A stretch of DNA of 56,876 bases, filler included, from Sluysia triapertura (GCA_046118255.1; 4 parts of 4 records of this genome joined end to end with filler, not necessarily neighbours in it); one strand, 5' to 3'. Positions 13,345-26,500 are shown, numbered from the whole stretch's first letter. A program made the numbers and translations. The notes: a model not told the origin generated them from the sequence alone.

Positions 13345-13640
13345 AAATAATCTGTAGACTCGCAAGAGTTAAAATATCGATTTAAACGATTTAATTTTCA
13401 GTTGGTCATTAAGGCCAATTATAAAATATAAATCCATTTTACCGAGTCCTTTGGCTAGGCCAACTTATTTAAAATTATTTATTTGTATCATTATTATATT
13501 ATCATTGCTTATATTGTTATTTTTATAAATTTGTATTTACATATTTTATTTCCTTGTGCAACGAATTTTGATATAATATGCTGTCGATAATTTTAAAGTT
13601 GTGATTTATTAGGATTTAACGTAAAAGTTACAATACAAAT
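13345..13640 (-). repeat. Dispersed repeat, decayed Gag-like coding fragment (copy 1)
   Basis: Clear nucleotide homology to 19000-19310 (ttttcagttg..., tccatt..accgagtcctt). Minus strand reads KDSVKW...FIIGLNDQLKI. Confidence 0.55.
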
Positions 13641-13710
13641 TTATTAACAATATTGGAAATGTTTCTTCTGAAAACTTCAAAATCTTAATTCTTACCTGCA
13701 AAATATCTAA

Positions 13711-14300
13711 GGAGTCTATCTGCCTAATATATACGATTTATACCACTGATGGAGACGCATTATTAGGATTTTTATAACTTATAACTTAACATTAACAATC
13801 GGTTAATGTTACTTTTAATAAATTAATTTGATTCGAGATTACAAATTATACAACCATTTTATTAAGGTTGTTTAGAAAGCAATGAATTATTTTAAGTAAA
13901 ATAAACTAATAACCCTACAAAATTTATTAACGTTTATCTTATAAAAAATGCGTATGTATAAAACGCGTAGTTTACGAGAAAACTTGTTTACAGAAAATGT
14001 AATATAATAAAAATATGCAACCTTAGTTGACTATGGATAAATTTTACTTGAAAATTACCCAACACTCTTTAAGGTGTTGGTACAAAAATGTTTAAAGTAT
14101 TTTGAGTGTATTTTGATATTCCCAGAGATTATGGTGAATATATTAAAACATATCATGTAAAAAAATTACTTAATAGTTATGGATTTTCGGCAACTTGATT
14201 AAACTTTTTTGGATTATGATTCTCTTCTAACTCTGTTTCTAATTTTCTGTCTGGTGTCCTTCTAAAAACTTTTTTAATCTATTTATATTGAAATTACGTA
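13711..14300 (-). mobile_element. Element end: CAAC/AGGTGTTG hairpin array plus subfamily 2 stem-loop (13711-13767)
   Basis: Reverse complement CCTAATA ATGCG TCTCCATCAGTGG TATAAAT CGTAT A TATTAGG CAGA. Body collinear with 25692-26500. Confidence 0.7.
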
Positions 14301-14879
14301 AGTGACCATTTTCTTAAAAATAACCTAAATAATTTATTTCTTCTTTGTTTGATTTCCTAAATAATTTTCTTTATAATTACCTAATATTTTCTAATTTTTA
14401 ACATTAATAATTTTTTAATGTTTTTTTAATATTTTTAATATTTTAACTTTAATATTGAATATTTATTATAATAATTGCAATTCATAATGTGCGTAATTCA
14501 TAATGTGTGTAATTCATAATGTAAATATGTTGTTTATAGATATAGATTTTAAATTCGTGTATTTCATAATTCAAATTGTTGTATAACTCATAATTTAAAT
14601 ATGTTGTTCAAAAATTATTTATAGATTTTAAAAGCAAAAAAATCAATATTGAATTCAATAATAACATTGTTTAATATATTTAATCTTTGGATTCATTTAA
14701 TATATTTCAATGCAAATTAGGTAAGATTTTATTTTAAATTTTAATAATTTTAATATAATAATTTTTTAATTTTTAATTTTGATAAATCTAATACATTTTA
14801 ATACAATAATTTTAATAAATTCTTTTAATGTAAAGGGGTATATTCGTTTTAATTTATTATATTTGTTTTAATTTGTATT

Positions 14880-15496
14880 GTTTTAATAACTCCAAGGTCA
14901 TTCATTTTGTATAAATAGATGACCATTTTTACCATAAAAAACCATAAGTAAATCTTTATAAAATTTTTCAATTGCTCCAAGAAGAAGGGAACTATTTTGA
15001 TTACCAGAGGATCCAATTTTTATTAAAAAACGTTATCTTTAGTTTTGTACTATTAAGTATCTTCACAGTATTTATAATCAACTTAAACTCTGGACATAAT
15101 TCCGCTACTATTTCAGAGTAGCTTATTAAAATCAATTATTTAAAAGATTATTCTAAGAAAAGATAATCTTTTATCAGTATAGAATTTTATTTGTATTTTA
15201 ATAAAATATTTTGTATTAATTGTTGAATTTTAATCACATTACAGATTCTAGTAGGAACCTTATTAAAATCATTAATTTAAAGTTTCAATTTAAGAACCAA
15301 ATTAAACTATCAACAGGTTCAAAGTAAGAACCTCAATAAAATACAACTAAAGTTATTTATCATTTTTTGTATTAATAAGAAAATTGAATATTGAAAAAGC
15401 TTCACATTTAATTAACGTCTCCATTTACTTTAAATTTTTGATAGAAAATCCAACGGCTGGCCCAAACCGGTAAGTCCAGTACGTTGGTGAACTCAC
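14880..15496 (+). mobile_element. Element end: GAACCTTATTAAAATC array plus subfamily 1 stem-loop (15450-15496)
   Basis: Body is the reverse-complement homologue of 22450-23200 and 24100-24830 (gaacc arrays, gctact...agtagc hairpin, aggtca/tgacct). Confidence 0.75.
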
Positions 15497-16245
15497 GTTA
15501 AGCTAAGCATTTTATTTTAGAATCGTAGCAATATTATTGCGAAATTTTCCTAAATAAATCCAATATAATTATTTTCAAGTCATAATAAATTGTCAGTTTC
15601 AAATTTCATTTTGCAGAATTTCAAAAAATAAATGCTTATATCTAAAAATTAAGAAATATTATAAAAACATTTAAAATTATATATTTACCAGTTTTATAAA
15701 CACTGATTAATAAAATAATATAAAACCTTACAAATAATTTTTAATTTATGTCAAACGATTTAATAATTAAATTTATTAGGTATTAGTAACATTGTAACTT
15801 ATACTAAAGTCAAACTAACATCAAAATGTATCTCTTATTCGACATTATTTCAAAATTAATTTTTCGATAAAGTATACAAAATTATTTGAATCCAAGATGT
15901 AGAAACTGTAATTCACTTACAAATTAAAAAATTGGAACCAATAAATGCAAAAATGCCACAAAATTTTTTTCTATGTAAATATTTCATTTCGACATAAAAG
16001 TCTAATCACATACATTTATATAAAATAATAATAATAATAATAAAAATAATAATATCATAATAATAATAATAATAATAATAATAATCATAAAATACATAAC
16101 AAAAGTGTTAAATATCACAAAATGATGGATACTAAATACTTAGACAAATTACAACAAAATAACTCCATTTTAAATTTGTGCGCGACGATACACATTTAGT
16201 AAAACAAAAGAACTGTGTAGTTAATAAATAATAATAATAATAATA

Positions 16246-16281
<36 letters not shown>

Positions 16282-17372
16282 TTTCAATAATGGTTTAAAT
16301 TTTACTTTTAAATGAACTAAAATATTTATAATTTTGTTATACTTTTTGAATTTATAAAATAAATATAACATTTTATTGATAAAAACTATTTAACATTTCT
16401 TTTATTCTTGTTAATATAAAGTAAAATTTTTTATAATTATCAATCTTAAAACGTTGAATTTTATTTTCGTTTGATTTTATTTACATTTATTTACTTCACC
16501 GAATACATTAATTAATTTATATAAATATTGTAATAAATGCACAAATTAATATAAATTAATATATAAATATATGCGTAATTATAAAATGTAATATAAACAA
16601 TATATTATTTTTATATTATTTAATATAATAATTATTAATAGGTGATGTATTAATTTAAAAAAACGCCAATACAATTTATATGTAATTACTCAAAATTTCT
16701 TATTGATACTTTAATTTGTAGTGTTTTCCAAAATGATATAATATTCTTTTAAATCGATTATATTCTTTGTAAACATAAAGATTAGTCTATAATCAAGAGT
16801 TTTATTATACTAAATTTGATATAAACCAATTTTGATCCTGTTTTTTAAATATTTGTTTATTAGAATAAATAATTAGAACTAAATAATTTTACTTCTTTTA
16901 CTGTATTGCTTAATAACTAATAAATCTCATTTAAAAATAGTTTAATGTACTTTTTTGAGATTCAAATATTGTAGCTTGATTTGCAATTGGAATCATTATT
17001 ATTATCTATTTGGATTAATAATATTAATAAATATTATTAATAAATACTAAAGATACTACTTTCTAAATTTTGAAATTTTTGAAACGAAAATAATATAATA
17101 ATATAATAATATAATATAAATAATATTTAATTCATGTCAAAAACAAATAAAATTTCCACATTTATCAATTAAGTTTATAATAAGTAGATGTGTAACATGA
17201 AATAAATAAACAAATAAATAATAAAAAACGTTTATTATTATCCATTTAATATATAATTTAATATGTTTTACTGCAGTGACATTTGAAGAGGCAAGTCGCA
17301 CAATTTTCAATTGTTATAGATCGAAAACCAAATATGCAACTTATGAATATAAAAATAATATTTATTATTGAT

Positions 17373-17442
<70 letters not shown>

Positions 17443-17542
17443 NNNNNNNNNNNNNNNNNNNNNNNNNNNNNNNNNNNNNNNNNNNNTTAATTAATTAANN
17501 NNNNNNNNNNNNNNNNNNNNNNNNNNNNNNNNNNNNNNNNNN
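17443..17542. other. Assembly gap with artificial TTAATTAATTAA six-frame-stop linker (also 28663-28762 and 41032-41131)
   Basis: The same 100-nt N/TTAATTAATTAA/N block occurs three times. Confidence 0.95.
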
Positions 17543-17919
17543 AAGATAAAACGTTTATCGTAGGCGAACCCATTTAAGAGTATTCATAATTGTTCTCGTT
17601 AGAAGTAAAAACAGAACACTTGATAGATACTTGTTATCAAGCTAATAAAGATTTTTTGTTATATTTATTTATACCAACATTACTTCAATTAAAACTTGAT
17701 GATAGTAATCGACAAGTATACCTTATCAGCGACAATATATTGTTAAATGTATCAAAATTAATATAAAATCTACTGTAGACAAAGTATTAAATTGAATAAG
17801 AAATAACTTTACTGATAAAAAACATTCTCAATTATTTTAAGTAAATATCTACCGAATCCAATTGTACTACGGAGCTAATTCTTACTGTTGTTCATAATCA
17901 AGTAAAGATTGATCATTGT

Positions 17920-18381
17920 ATGCTAATCTATTTCAAAAAAGAATGTTGTACATTGATACTTGTAAAATATGAACTTATTTCACATAGTTCATATCTGTTT
18001 ATGAATATTCCTCGTTACCTTGACGAAGGCCAAGTAAATAAGTATGGTCTTACAGAATATAGATGTACAACAATGAACATGGTTCTGTCTCATCCTGACT
18101 CATATAATGTTGATGATAAAGCCACGGCAGATTATTTAACATGTATTCAACAGTCTACATTTACTGACTATTCTTTTGATGAAATAAATATCGCAAACAA
18201 TCGTACTCTTCCAACAATCACATCTCTAATGGATATTTCTACAAACCAACATAAGTATAAATTTTTTCGAACAGCACAATGTCCATTCCAATTGAATGAA
18301 TTATGTGAATGCTGTAAATTTGGACAATCATGTGATTGTTACCACAACATCAAAGAAATTCGTTATATTTACAAGGTGTAA
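17920..18381 (+). CDS. Putative exon encoding an Unkempt-like CCCH zinc finger
   Basis: YKFFRTAQCPFQLNELCECCKFGQSCDCYHNIKEIR resembles the FRTxQCP...C...CxxYH..R finger of Unkempt-type RNA-binding proteins. Possible acceptor cacatag near 17987 and short AT-rich introns downstream; exon structure not resolved. Confidence 0.45.
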   Translation: MLIYFKKECCTLILVKYELISHSSYLFMNIPRYLDEGQVNKYGLTEYRCTTMNMVLSHPDSYNVDDKATADYLTCIQQSTFTDYSFDEINIANNRTLPTITSLMDISTNQHKYKFFRTAQCPFQLNELCECCKFGQSCDCYHNIKEIRYIYKV

Positions 18382-18999
18382 ATAATTTAATAATGGCTAT
18401 TCAAGTTGGTGAAGGTAAAGACAAGGTGACATTTAACAAAGATCATGGAAAATACTCAATCTATTAGCCCTTTAGACGATTTTGAATCTAAAGTAATTTT
18501 TATTTTTTATAATCATCAACTATATAATTTTGATTCTTTTTATTTAAGGAATCCACATCCGGAGAAAGTTATTAAGTGTCCAAATGCAAATAGTTCATTC
18601 AACATCATAAATGACTGTATAACTTTAAATGTTTTTATAGTATTTGAATTTAAAATAGTAAAAAATATATCTGTGTTTTGTCTCGGCCTTTTCATTAAAA
18701 AGTTAAATATATGCAACAAAATTAAAATTAATTCCTTTACATTTTTAAATCATAAAAGAGAAGTTTTTAAAGTAATCTTAATTAATTTTAACGAATTATT
18801 TCATATTAAAGACATAGTTAAAGTTTTTAAACATCTTTTAACTCCAAACAACTAAGCTTTAAAGACATCATTTTTGGTTATACAATATCAACAGTGCGAA
18901 AAAATTTAGTTATCCCAAGTCAAATCAAATTATTTATTCAATCAATATCAATTTATATTATAGAACATTGTTAAATAGTAAGTTTCCTTTAAACAGTTG

Positions 19000-19310
19000 G
19001 TAAACTTGTAAGAGCTATAAAATCAACGTAAGCGTTTCAATTTTCAGTTGATACCTAAGATCAGTTATAAAATCACTTTACACTCTAAAATCCTATTAAT
19101 TTTCGTTGGTCCATTTGACCGAGTCCTTGGACCAGGCAATTTTATTTAAAATCATTTATTGTTATTATTATTATTGTTTATATTGTTGTCTTGATAAAAT
19201 TCCAATTGTATATTCTATTTTAAAAAACAAAATTTTATACAATACACCTTCTATAACTTTTGACGAAGTGATTTGTAAAATTAACGTAAAGTTACGATAT
19301 GAATCTCTTT
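19000..19310 (-). repeat. Dispersed repeat, decayed Gag-like coding fragment (copy 2)
   Basis: Homologous to 13345-13640. Minus strand reads IAWSKDSVKW...FITDLRYQLKI. Confidence 0.55.
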
Positions 19311-19562
19311 ATAACATTATAATACTAAAAAGCTTAAATTTAAACTATTTTCGTATAAAAGCGCGTTGGTCACATTGTATACTGTGTGAATTGGGATATC
19401 GATTTTTGGCCATAGTGTCCATTAATGTAATACATATAAATTCGTGAATTAAACTTTGTTATTGTAATATTTGATACAGAATTGAATTTAAAATCATTAA
19501 AGAAACACGTCATTGCACGGACATTGTTTATATCGTTATCCCTTAGGCATACCTTCACGTTA

Positions 19563-19606
19563 CTTTCAGATACGCCATTGTTAAGACGCATACTGTAAGC
19601 GGACTC
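19563..19606 (+). repeat. Bulged stem-loop motif, subfamily 3 variant
   Basis: CTTTCAG ATACG CCATTG TTAAGA CGCAT A CTGTAAG CGGACTC. Confidence 0.65.
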
Positions 19607-21629
19607 TAAATATTAATTTATTTTTAATTTATTTATTTTGGATAAAAGAAAGAACACCAGCATTATTTTATTAATTAATCTAAAGTATTTTAAATTTATT
19701 TATTTTTTCGAATTAAATTTTGTCTAAGGTATTAAGCCTAAAAAATGTTCTTAAAATTAATCTATATTTATTTATATCATAACATAGTTAATATTTATAT
19801 CATAAATATTTTGATAAGTTTCTTGATAAAAATTTTGATACTACTAAAACAATAAATATTGAAACCCTCTCCACACTAAGAAATAACAGCCAATAAATTT
19901 AAAAAAAATAAATTACCCCGCAAAATAATTAATTTAATTTAAAGAGATAATTAAAGACCACATATACAAGGAAAAATTGATATAAAAGCTGAATAACTTA
20001 GCTAAGAAATCACAATAAAGAAGAAATAAATTAAACAGTAAGATAAATGAGTCGATAATAGTCGAAAATTATCAAATTCGATAAATGTGAAATAAAAATA
20101 AACGTGTTAGGTTTCAGTTATATGTTGAAATTAACAATTATCAAATTTATGCTAACTTATCCAGAAAGTTTTTACCTGACATCACAATTAATTGTCATCA
20201 TCGAAAATTCTATACCAGATAAATTATAATTTTTTCAACGATTATTCTTACGCATTAAATTCGTACGTTTATTATTATTAAATATAAGTTTGTTTAAAGC
20301 AAGTTCTAAAATATATTAAAAAGTTCATCTTATGACTTGAGCTAATTTAATGTTATGTATAAAATATTTCAACTTGATCTTATTTTGTATCACTTGTTAC
20401 AGAATATTTTGTTCATGATTGTGTTCTACATTTTTAGAAATTTAAATTTTTTAAGTCATTTTTAAAACAACGAAGTAGTAGTGCACACACTAATACATAA
20501 CTAATATATTGACAAAGTCACGCCTCCTTTAGGACTCATACCTTAAAATTTATTTAAATTTTTTTACAATCCCATAGGAGTTTCCACCAGTAGGTCATAA
20601 GCTACTCAATATAAACTTGCCCGTTAGTAATTTTCATTTGTGTAGGTTTAGAGTAAAACATTCGCAAATTGTTGAACAATATATTTTCGTCAATAAGTAT
20701 GTTACTTATTATGAAAAGTTAATATGTAATTAAATTGTAAAACCAGAAAAAACATTTTAACAGAATTTTTCAAATAACTATGGTGTCAAAGGATTAAAGA
20801 TAAAAACTAATTATATAAATTATGTAAATGTCTATGAAGTTGATTAACTAATTACATCTCATTTTTTACGGAATTATCATACAATAAACCTAAACTTATA
20901 CCCAATCTAACTCAGGTATTCCTAAATCATATACCTTTACATATTCTATAACTCACAACCTTTATAATCAATTAATTCACAACGTTACTCAATAAACCAC
21001 TCCAATTTTAAACCATTCAATAATAACATTATTCTGTACATCATCTTCATACTCAAACAATTTATATTTTATAAAACAACTTAATTCATTAAATTCACGT
21101 GTTTTTAAATCTCCAATTAACACAAATTAAATGCAATACTCAATGTATTTACCAAATTCATAAGCAGGTGTAAAGATTATACTTAAAATCCAAATGCTGT
21201 ATAGAGATGGACTCAATCCAAAAAGACCCACAAAAAAGACTCAGAAAAGCTTGAAATCTTAATCACTTGCAAAGATCATCAAATAATCGAAAACTTTACA
21301 CGTTTAACAATTGATTACCTCACATCTTTTAAACTCAATAATTCCACAACATATATCTATTCGTGTAAGATCATGTAGGTATAGAAATTAAAAGAAAGTA
21401 GATGAAATAAGCAATGAATTAAAAATAGTAATCAGACTTTGTAACAACTGCTTGAAGAGTGCAATTACATAAAATTACTTGTTAATTATCTACCTTTGAT
21501 TTGTATTAATAACACTTTAGAGATATTTTAGCTATATCGAATATTTGATCTTCTCTTTATTAAGATTTATTTTAATTCTTAAGATTAGACTGATTTTCTT
21601 ATCTCAACTGTGTATATAAAATATCTGTA

Positions 21630-22396
21630 CAATATACTCTCAAAATTTGGCCAATTTTAGAAAAAAAATTTTTAAAATCAATAGAAACCTAAATTTGTCC
21701 AAATTCTGCTTTTGTCCAAAGATCTTTAGATTTTACATTATATGAATTTATAATTTTAAAAACTTCAAAAAGAACGCAAACACAAATTTTTAATTAATTG
21801 ATTTATATAAATAAAAAAATGTTGAGCCGTAATGAGAAAAGAAAGATGTACAACATTATCTGATAATGAAAAAATTGAAATTTTGAAATATAATGAGTTA
21901 TATTCTTTACTTTCAGACCGAAGAATAGCGGACATATTTTCGGACATATTTTCATTTAAATGTAAAAAAACAATTTCAATTAAGTCAATTAATAATTTGA
22001 AATTGAACAAAAAACAATATTATTGAAAAATTCGAAGATACATTTTTGATCAAACCTAAGGAAAGGGAATTAAAGTTTGGAATTATTGACAATTGTAAGA
22101 TAGAATGGGTAGATTATTCAGATGGTGCAATATTGGCAGATAAAATAATGACTGAGAAAGCTTTAAAATTTGCAGAAATTCACAATGTAGAAGAATTTAA
22201 AGTTTCGCATGGATGGTTACGAAAGTTTAAGACCAGACATCATCTTGATCTTAAAAAGTTACATAGGGAAGCACAATCACATTTAAATGTTAATTATGGT
22301 GATTTCAAAAATATTCTTCAAAACAGAATCAATGCACATGAAACCGGAATTTTCTAAGTTTGCAAGAAAATGTTACGTGAAGAATAAAATTACAAG
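21630..22396 (+). mobile_element. Tigger/pogo (CENP-B-like) DNA transposon, 5' part, decayed transposase
   Basis: RCTTLSDNEKIEIL (psq-type HTH), KALKFAE...EEFKVSHGWLRKFKTRH (CENP-B HTH), INAHETGIF (degenerate NxDETG). TA-flanked TIR-like start near 21630; truncated by the hairpin element at 22397. Confidence 0.85.
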
Positions 22397-23210
22397 GTGA
22401 GTCCACCAACGTATTGGGCTTACTGACTTAACGGCCAACCGTTGGATTTATCTACTAATGCAAAAAAGGTCAAAACTTTATTTGTATCTTATAATAATAC
22501 AAGGAGGTCTTAACTCTTTTGAATAAGATTTTAATCTGATTCTTTTCTAGAACCGTTAGTAAATTTAATGATTTTAATAAGGTTCTTAAATCGAACCTTT
22601 AAATTTAAGTAACTGATTTTAATGAGGTTCTTACACAGAACCTATTAATTTAAATATTTTAGCTTGTAAGAAGATTTTAATAAGGTTCCTTCAAATGAAC
22701 CTGTTCTATTACTCGAATAAAAAATAAATTAAAAGTTAAAAGGTTTATTATGAACAAATAATTATATATGACAATTTTAAGATATACAAACGATAAGTTT
22801 AATAAGATTATATATAATCTTTAGAAAGTAATTTAGTGAATATTTTAATTAGCTATCGCTAAAAGATAGCTTTAATGAAGATAAATTTATTTTAAGTGGA
22901 AAGTTTAAAAATGCAACGATAAATGTTGCTACAAAACTTATATATACAAAACTAACGATCAAAGAGAAAAAACTGTGAAGAGTATCGTTCGAAGAGTTTG
23001 ATGAATCGTTTGGTGAATCGTTGAATGGCTTAGCACTTTGTATTCGATTTAATTGCCGAAGTTACAAGGAAGATTGCGAATATACTGATAAGATAGCTGA
23101 TGAAAATAACTTGTAAAGAGAAATCACTCGAATGTGTATAAAATTTTTTTGTGAGTTAGATGTTAATTTTTATGGTTTTTATATTAGGTCAAATGACCTT
23201 GATAGTAATT
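22397..23210 (-). mobile_element. Element end: AGGTTC/GAACC hairpin array plus subfamily 1 stem-loop (22397-22445)
   Basis: Reverse complement CCAACG GTTGG CCGTTAAGTCAG TAAGC CCAAT A CGTTGG TGGACTCAC. Three or more GATTTTAAT(A/G)AGGTTC-N-GAACC units at 22550-22705. Confidence 0.8.
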
Positions 23211-23619
23211 TAAACAAACAATAATAAAATAATTTAGACAAATAACAAAATTTAAACAATAAATATTGAAAAAGATTGTGACAAAATAATTAAAATACTA
23301 AAATGATTAAAATTAAAAATGTGACAACATAATTAAAAATTTAAAATATTAAAATGATTAAAAATAAAATTAAAAAATTCTTACTTTAAATTATATTATC
23401 CTAATTTTCAAATTAACTAATTTTTCAAATTAAAAATTATTTCAAAATGATTAATGATTTATTTATTGTATGTCTAGCTAAATTCTGTGTTTTAAAAATA
23501 GATTCTAATTTAAATGTGTGTAAATTCTATAAAGATTTGTTACAACAAATTGATTTACTAAAAATAGATTCTGATTTACATAAATTCTAATTTACTTCTA
23601 TAAATGATTTGATTTTTTG

Positions 23620-23860
23620 TACAACATCAACACTTCTAAAGGTTTTTCAAGTCAATCTCAAGCTTCCACATGATCCCAAATCTTTATATAGGTCTTTTGA
23701 ACCTTAAGATATTCTTTAGTTGTTAAGATTATTAGAAATGTTTTCTTTTTTATGATTTTTATTTCAACAATGTTTATAATATTCCATCTATCACTTCTCA
23801 TCAATTCTTCCTTCATTTGTAATTATATATGTTTTTTACTCTTATCCAAATCCAACGTTG
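23620..23860 (-). repeat. Dispersed decayed coding repeat of unknown family (copy 1 of 3)
   Basis: Reverse-complement homologue of 40340-40680 and 53237-53570. Shared frame approximately IINIVEI.I.K.KT..IILT.KEYL. Confidence 0.7.
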
Positions 23861-24057
23861 GACAATTCCATCATTATTACCAATATTATTATTTTTCTAT
23901 TTTTAATTTTTAAACAAATTTTGGCTACTTAAAATAGTAGCTAAAATTTGATTAAAAATATATAATTCTTCTGTTGGTAGTGAGAATAGCATATACTGTG
24001 AGAACAGTATATTTTGCTGGGATTTTTCTTATCCTAGTCTTAAGAATACAATTAAAT

Positions 24058-24830
24058 ATGAGTTCACCAACGTACTAGTCTTACCGGTCAGGGCTGAAAG
24101 TAGTTTTTTGTGATTGTAAAAACTTAATGATTGTGGAGGTTATTTTAAAAAGTAGTGGATGCTCTAGTCACTTAAATTTTAAGATAATCACAAAATTTAG
24201 AAGTTATTTTCATGAGGTTCATTAAAATGAACCGAATAATTTTAAATAGGAACTTTTAAATAAACAGGATTTTAAATAGGTTTTAAACTGAACCATTAAA
24301 ATTAATCAGTGTTGATTTTAATGAGGTTCTAAAATGAACCTTAACTTTTTCAGATGTGAGATTTTGATGAGGTTCCTAAAATGACCCTTAAATATTATAC
24401 TTTAATGAATTAACAATTTTTTATATTAAATAAAAAATGAAATGAATAATATTAACAAATGATAAAAATAAAAATAATACAACCTTATATGGATTATTTA
24501 CAAATAATCCTGTCTCTATTTATTTTGGTAAAATATTTTAATGAGCTACTCAAATAAATAGTAGTTGTTTCAAAAAATTTAAAAAAGTTTACGTAAATTG
24601 CTGAAAAACCATAATAAATTAAACTAACGATACCTATCTAAGTTCTGTAGGTTTTGAAAAAATAGGATTTGTAAATAACTGTCGTTGAAAGAATAGGAAC
24701 TGCAAACGAATAAAATTGTCGTAGAACAAAATGTTATTAAAAACTTTATCTTGCTAACTTGTTAGTATTGTTGTGTAAAGTTTATGTTTTGTGATGCTTT
24801 AAATATTAGAAAAATGACCTTGAAGGTCAA
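24058..24830 (-). mobile_element. Element end: AGGTTC/GAACC hairpin array plus partial subfamily 1 stem-loop (24058-24096)
   Basis: Four array units at 24205-24390; collinear with 22397-23210. Confidence 0.75.
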
Positions 24831-25691
24831 ACATTTTTTAAAACAAAATTATAATAATTTTAATCAAAATAATAAATATTTCCTTAAAGATATTAGATTA
24901 AAATTTTATTAAAAATATTTCAAATTAAATTTAAAATATCTTACTTTTTTAATATTTAATTCCAGTTATTATTTACACAAGATATTAATCTGAAAACACA
25001 TTAATTATTGATCATATATTGATTTAATTAAATTCATATTTACAATTTATTAACACACATTCAATTGATACAAATTATTAACAATCAACACTTCATATTT
25101 AGACATTTAATTGATTTTTATTTGTTTTAATTTCGTCAATTATGTTATACAAACTGGAGTTCACTGGCAGGAATGCAAATGAAGTGAAGTGTGTTGACGG
25201 TTTCAATATTTGTCATTTAAGTAATGTATTTGTGGTGGTCCAGCCCACACCTACATACACATCACATAAATCACACCAATAAATTACTCAAACCTCACCA
25301 TAAAAATTGCATTACAAGTCTTGTCCATATCATCCACAGCATCACATCATTCATTGTTACAAAATTACAGATGCCTCATCAAATTCCTTTTATTAACATT
25401 TTAGATCAAAACATTAAACAAAACGCTCATTGTCATCCTGTCATCATTATGACGCAGCATCTTCTAGTGTCTCACAGTTTTCCATTTTTATTTTCCTTGT
25501 AATTTTATAAGTGCATAACTGTACTATTTTACAATTATATATTTTATATCCCAACAATTTTATAATTTTATAGAATATATTTTTAGAAAAATCACTAGTT
25601 GTAACTAGTAAAGATTTTTATTTGAGGGCAATTAGTAGAAGCATGGTTTAAATATGCTAGTATTTTCTTATACTTAACAAATTATCCGATA

Positions 25692-26500
25692 GGTCGGTCC
25701 GCCTAATATATACGCTTTATACCAAACTTGGAGACGTATTATTAGGTTTTGAAATTTTAAAAACTTAACTTAAAGTCCAAATAAATCGACTGGTTCGAAT
25801 TACTACACTTAGTGTTTATCTAATACTTAAATTAAATATCTTACAACTAAATAAAACTTAATTCGACTATCTAAGTCGTTAGATTTTAGTTATGTTTCAC
25901 AACCCTTTTATTAAGGTGTTGTTAAATAAAAGTAGATTACACAACTCCCTTAATGAGATGTTGTATGGACAATGTTATTTTAGGATTTTACACAACCTTT
26001 CTTTAGATTAAGGTGTTGTTAGATAAAAATAATTTTAATGTTTTATTTAGTTGTTCAATTTACAATTAACTTATTTAGATTATCAAAAAACAAAAGTGGT
26101 TTAACTCTCCAAACGTGTATTCTAAATCAAAAAACACAATTCTTACAAATAAAGTTTATAATAATAATATGCAATTTAAATAATTCAACCCTGAGGTTGA
26201 TTAGAAATTCGAGTTTAAAAACAGAAATTACTCAACCCTTTCGTTAAGGTGTTGACAAAAATGGTTCTTTTAATTAAGTATGATTTTAAATATCCCTAGT
26301 AAGGTGATATTATGAATCCTATATATAAAAAAATTTCTTTGAGTTTCTTAATAACATGGACATGGAAAAGTTTTATCTATATCTGGATCCAAAATGTAAA
26401 TTCTTCTTAAACTTTCTAACAATACTAAATTCGTGTTGTCTTGTTTCCTTCTTGAGTTTAGTCTAAAATTTTATTCTTCTATTTATACTAATGTAATTTT
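25692..26500 (-). mobile_element. Element end: CAAC/AGGTGTTG hairpin array plus subfamily 2 stem-loop (25692-25746)
   Basis: Reverse complement CCTAATA ATACG TCTCCAAGTTTGG TATAAAG CGTAT A TATTAGG CGGACCGAC. About five caacc...aggtgttg units at 25900-26260. Confidence 0.75.

Noticed and set aside
17487-17498. TTAATTAATTAA palindrome inside N runs (three times)
   Set aside because: Scaffolding linker with stops in all six frames, not biological. Adjacency across these gaps is uncertain.
22397-22445. Resemblance of the subfamily 1 motif to a pistol ribozyme (GG-TTGG-CC...TAAGCCCAA..CGTTG)
   Set aside because: Lacks the AAA linker, the P2/P3 helices and the GU cleavage strand, and subfamilies 2 and 3 support a nested hairpin rather than that pseudoknot.
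24205-24390. CRISPR-like appearance of short palindromic repeats with spacers
   Set aside because: Repeats are degenerate, spacing is irregular, spacers are AT-rich and related between copies, there are no cas genes, and the context is eukaryotic.
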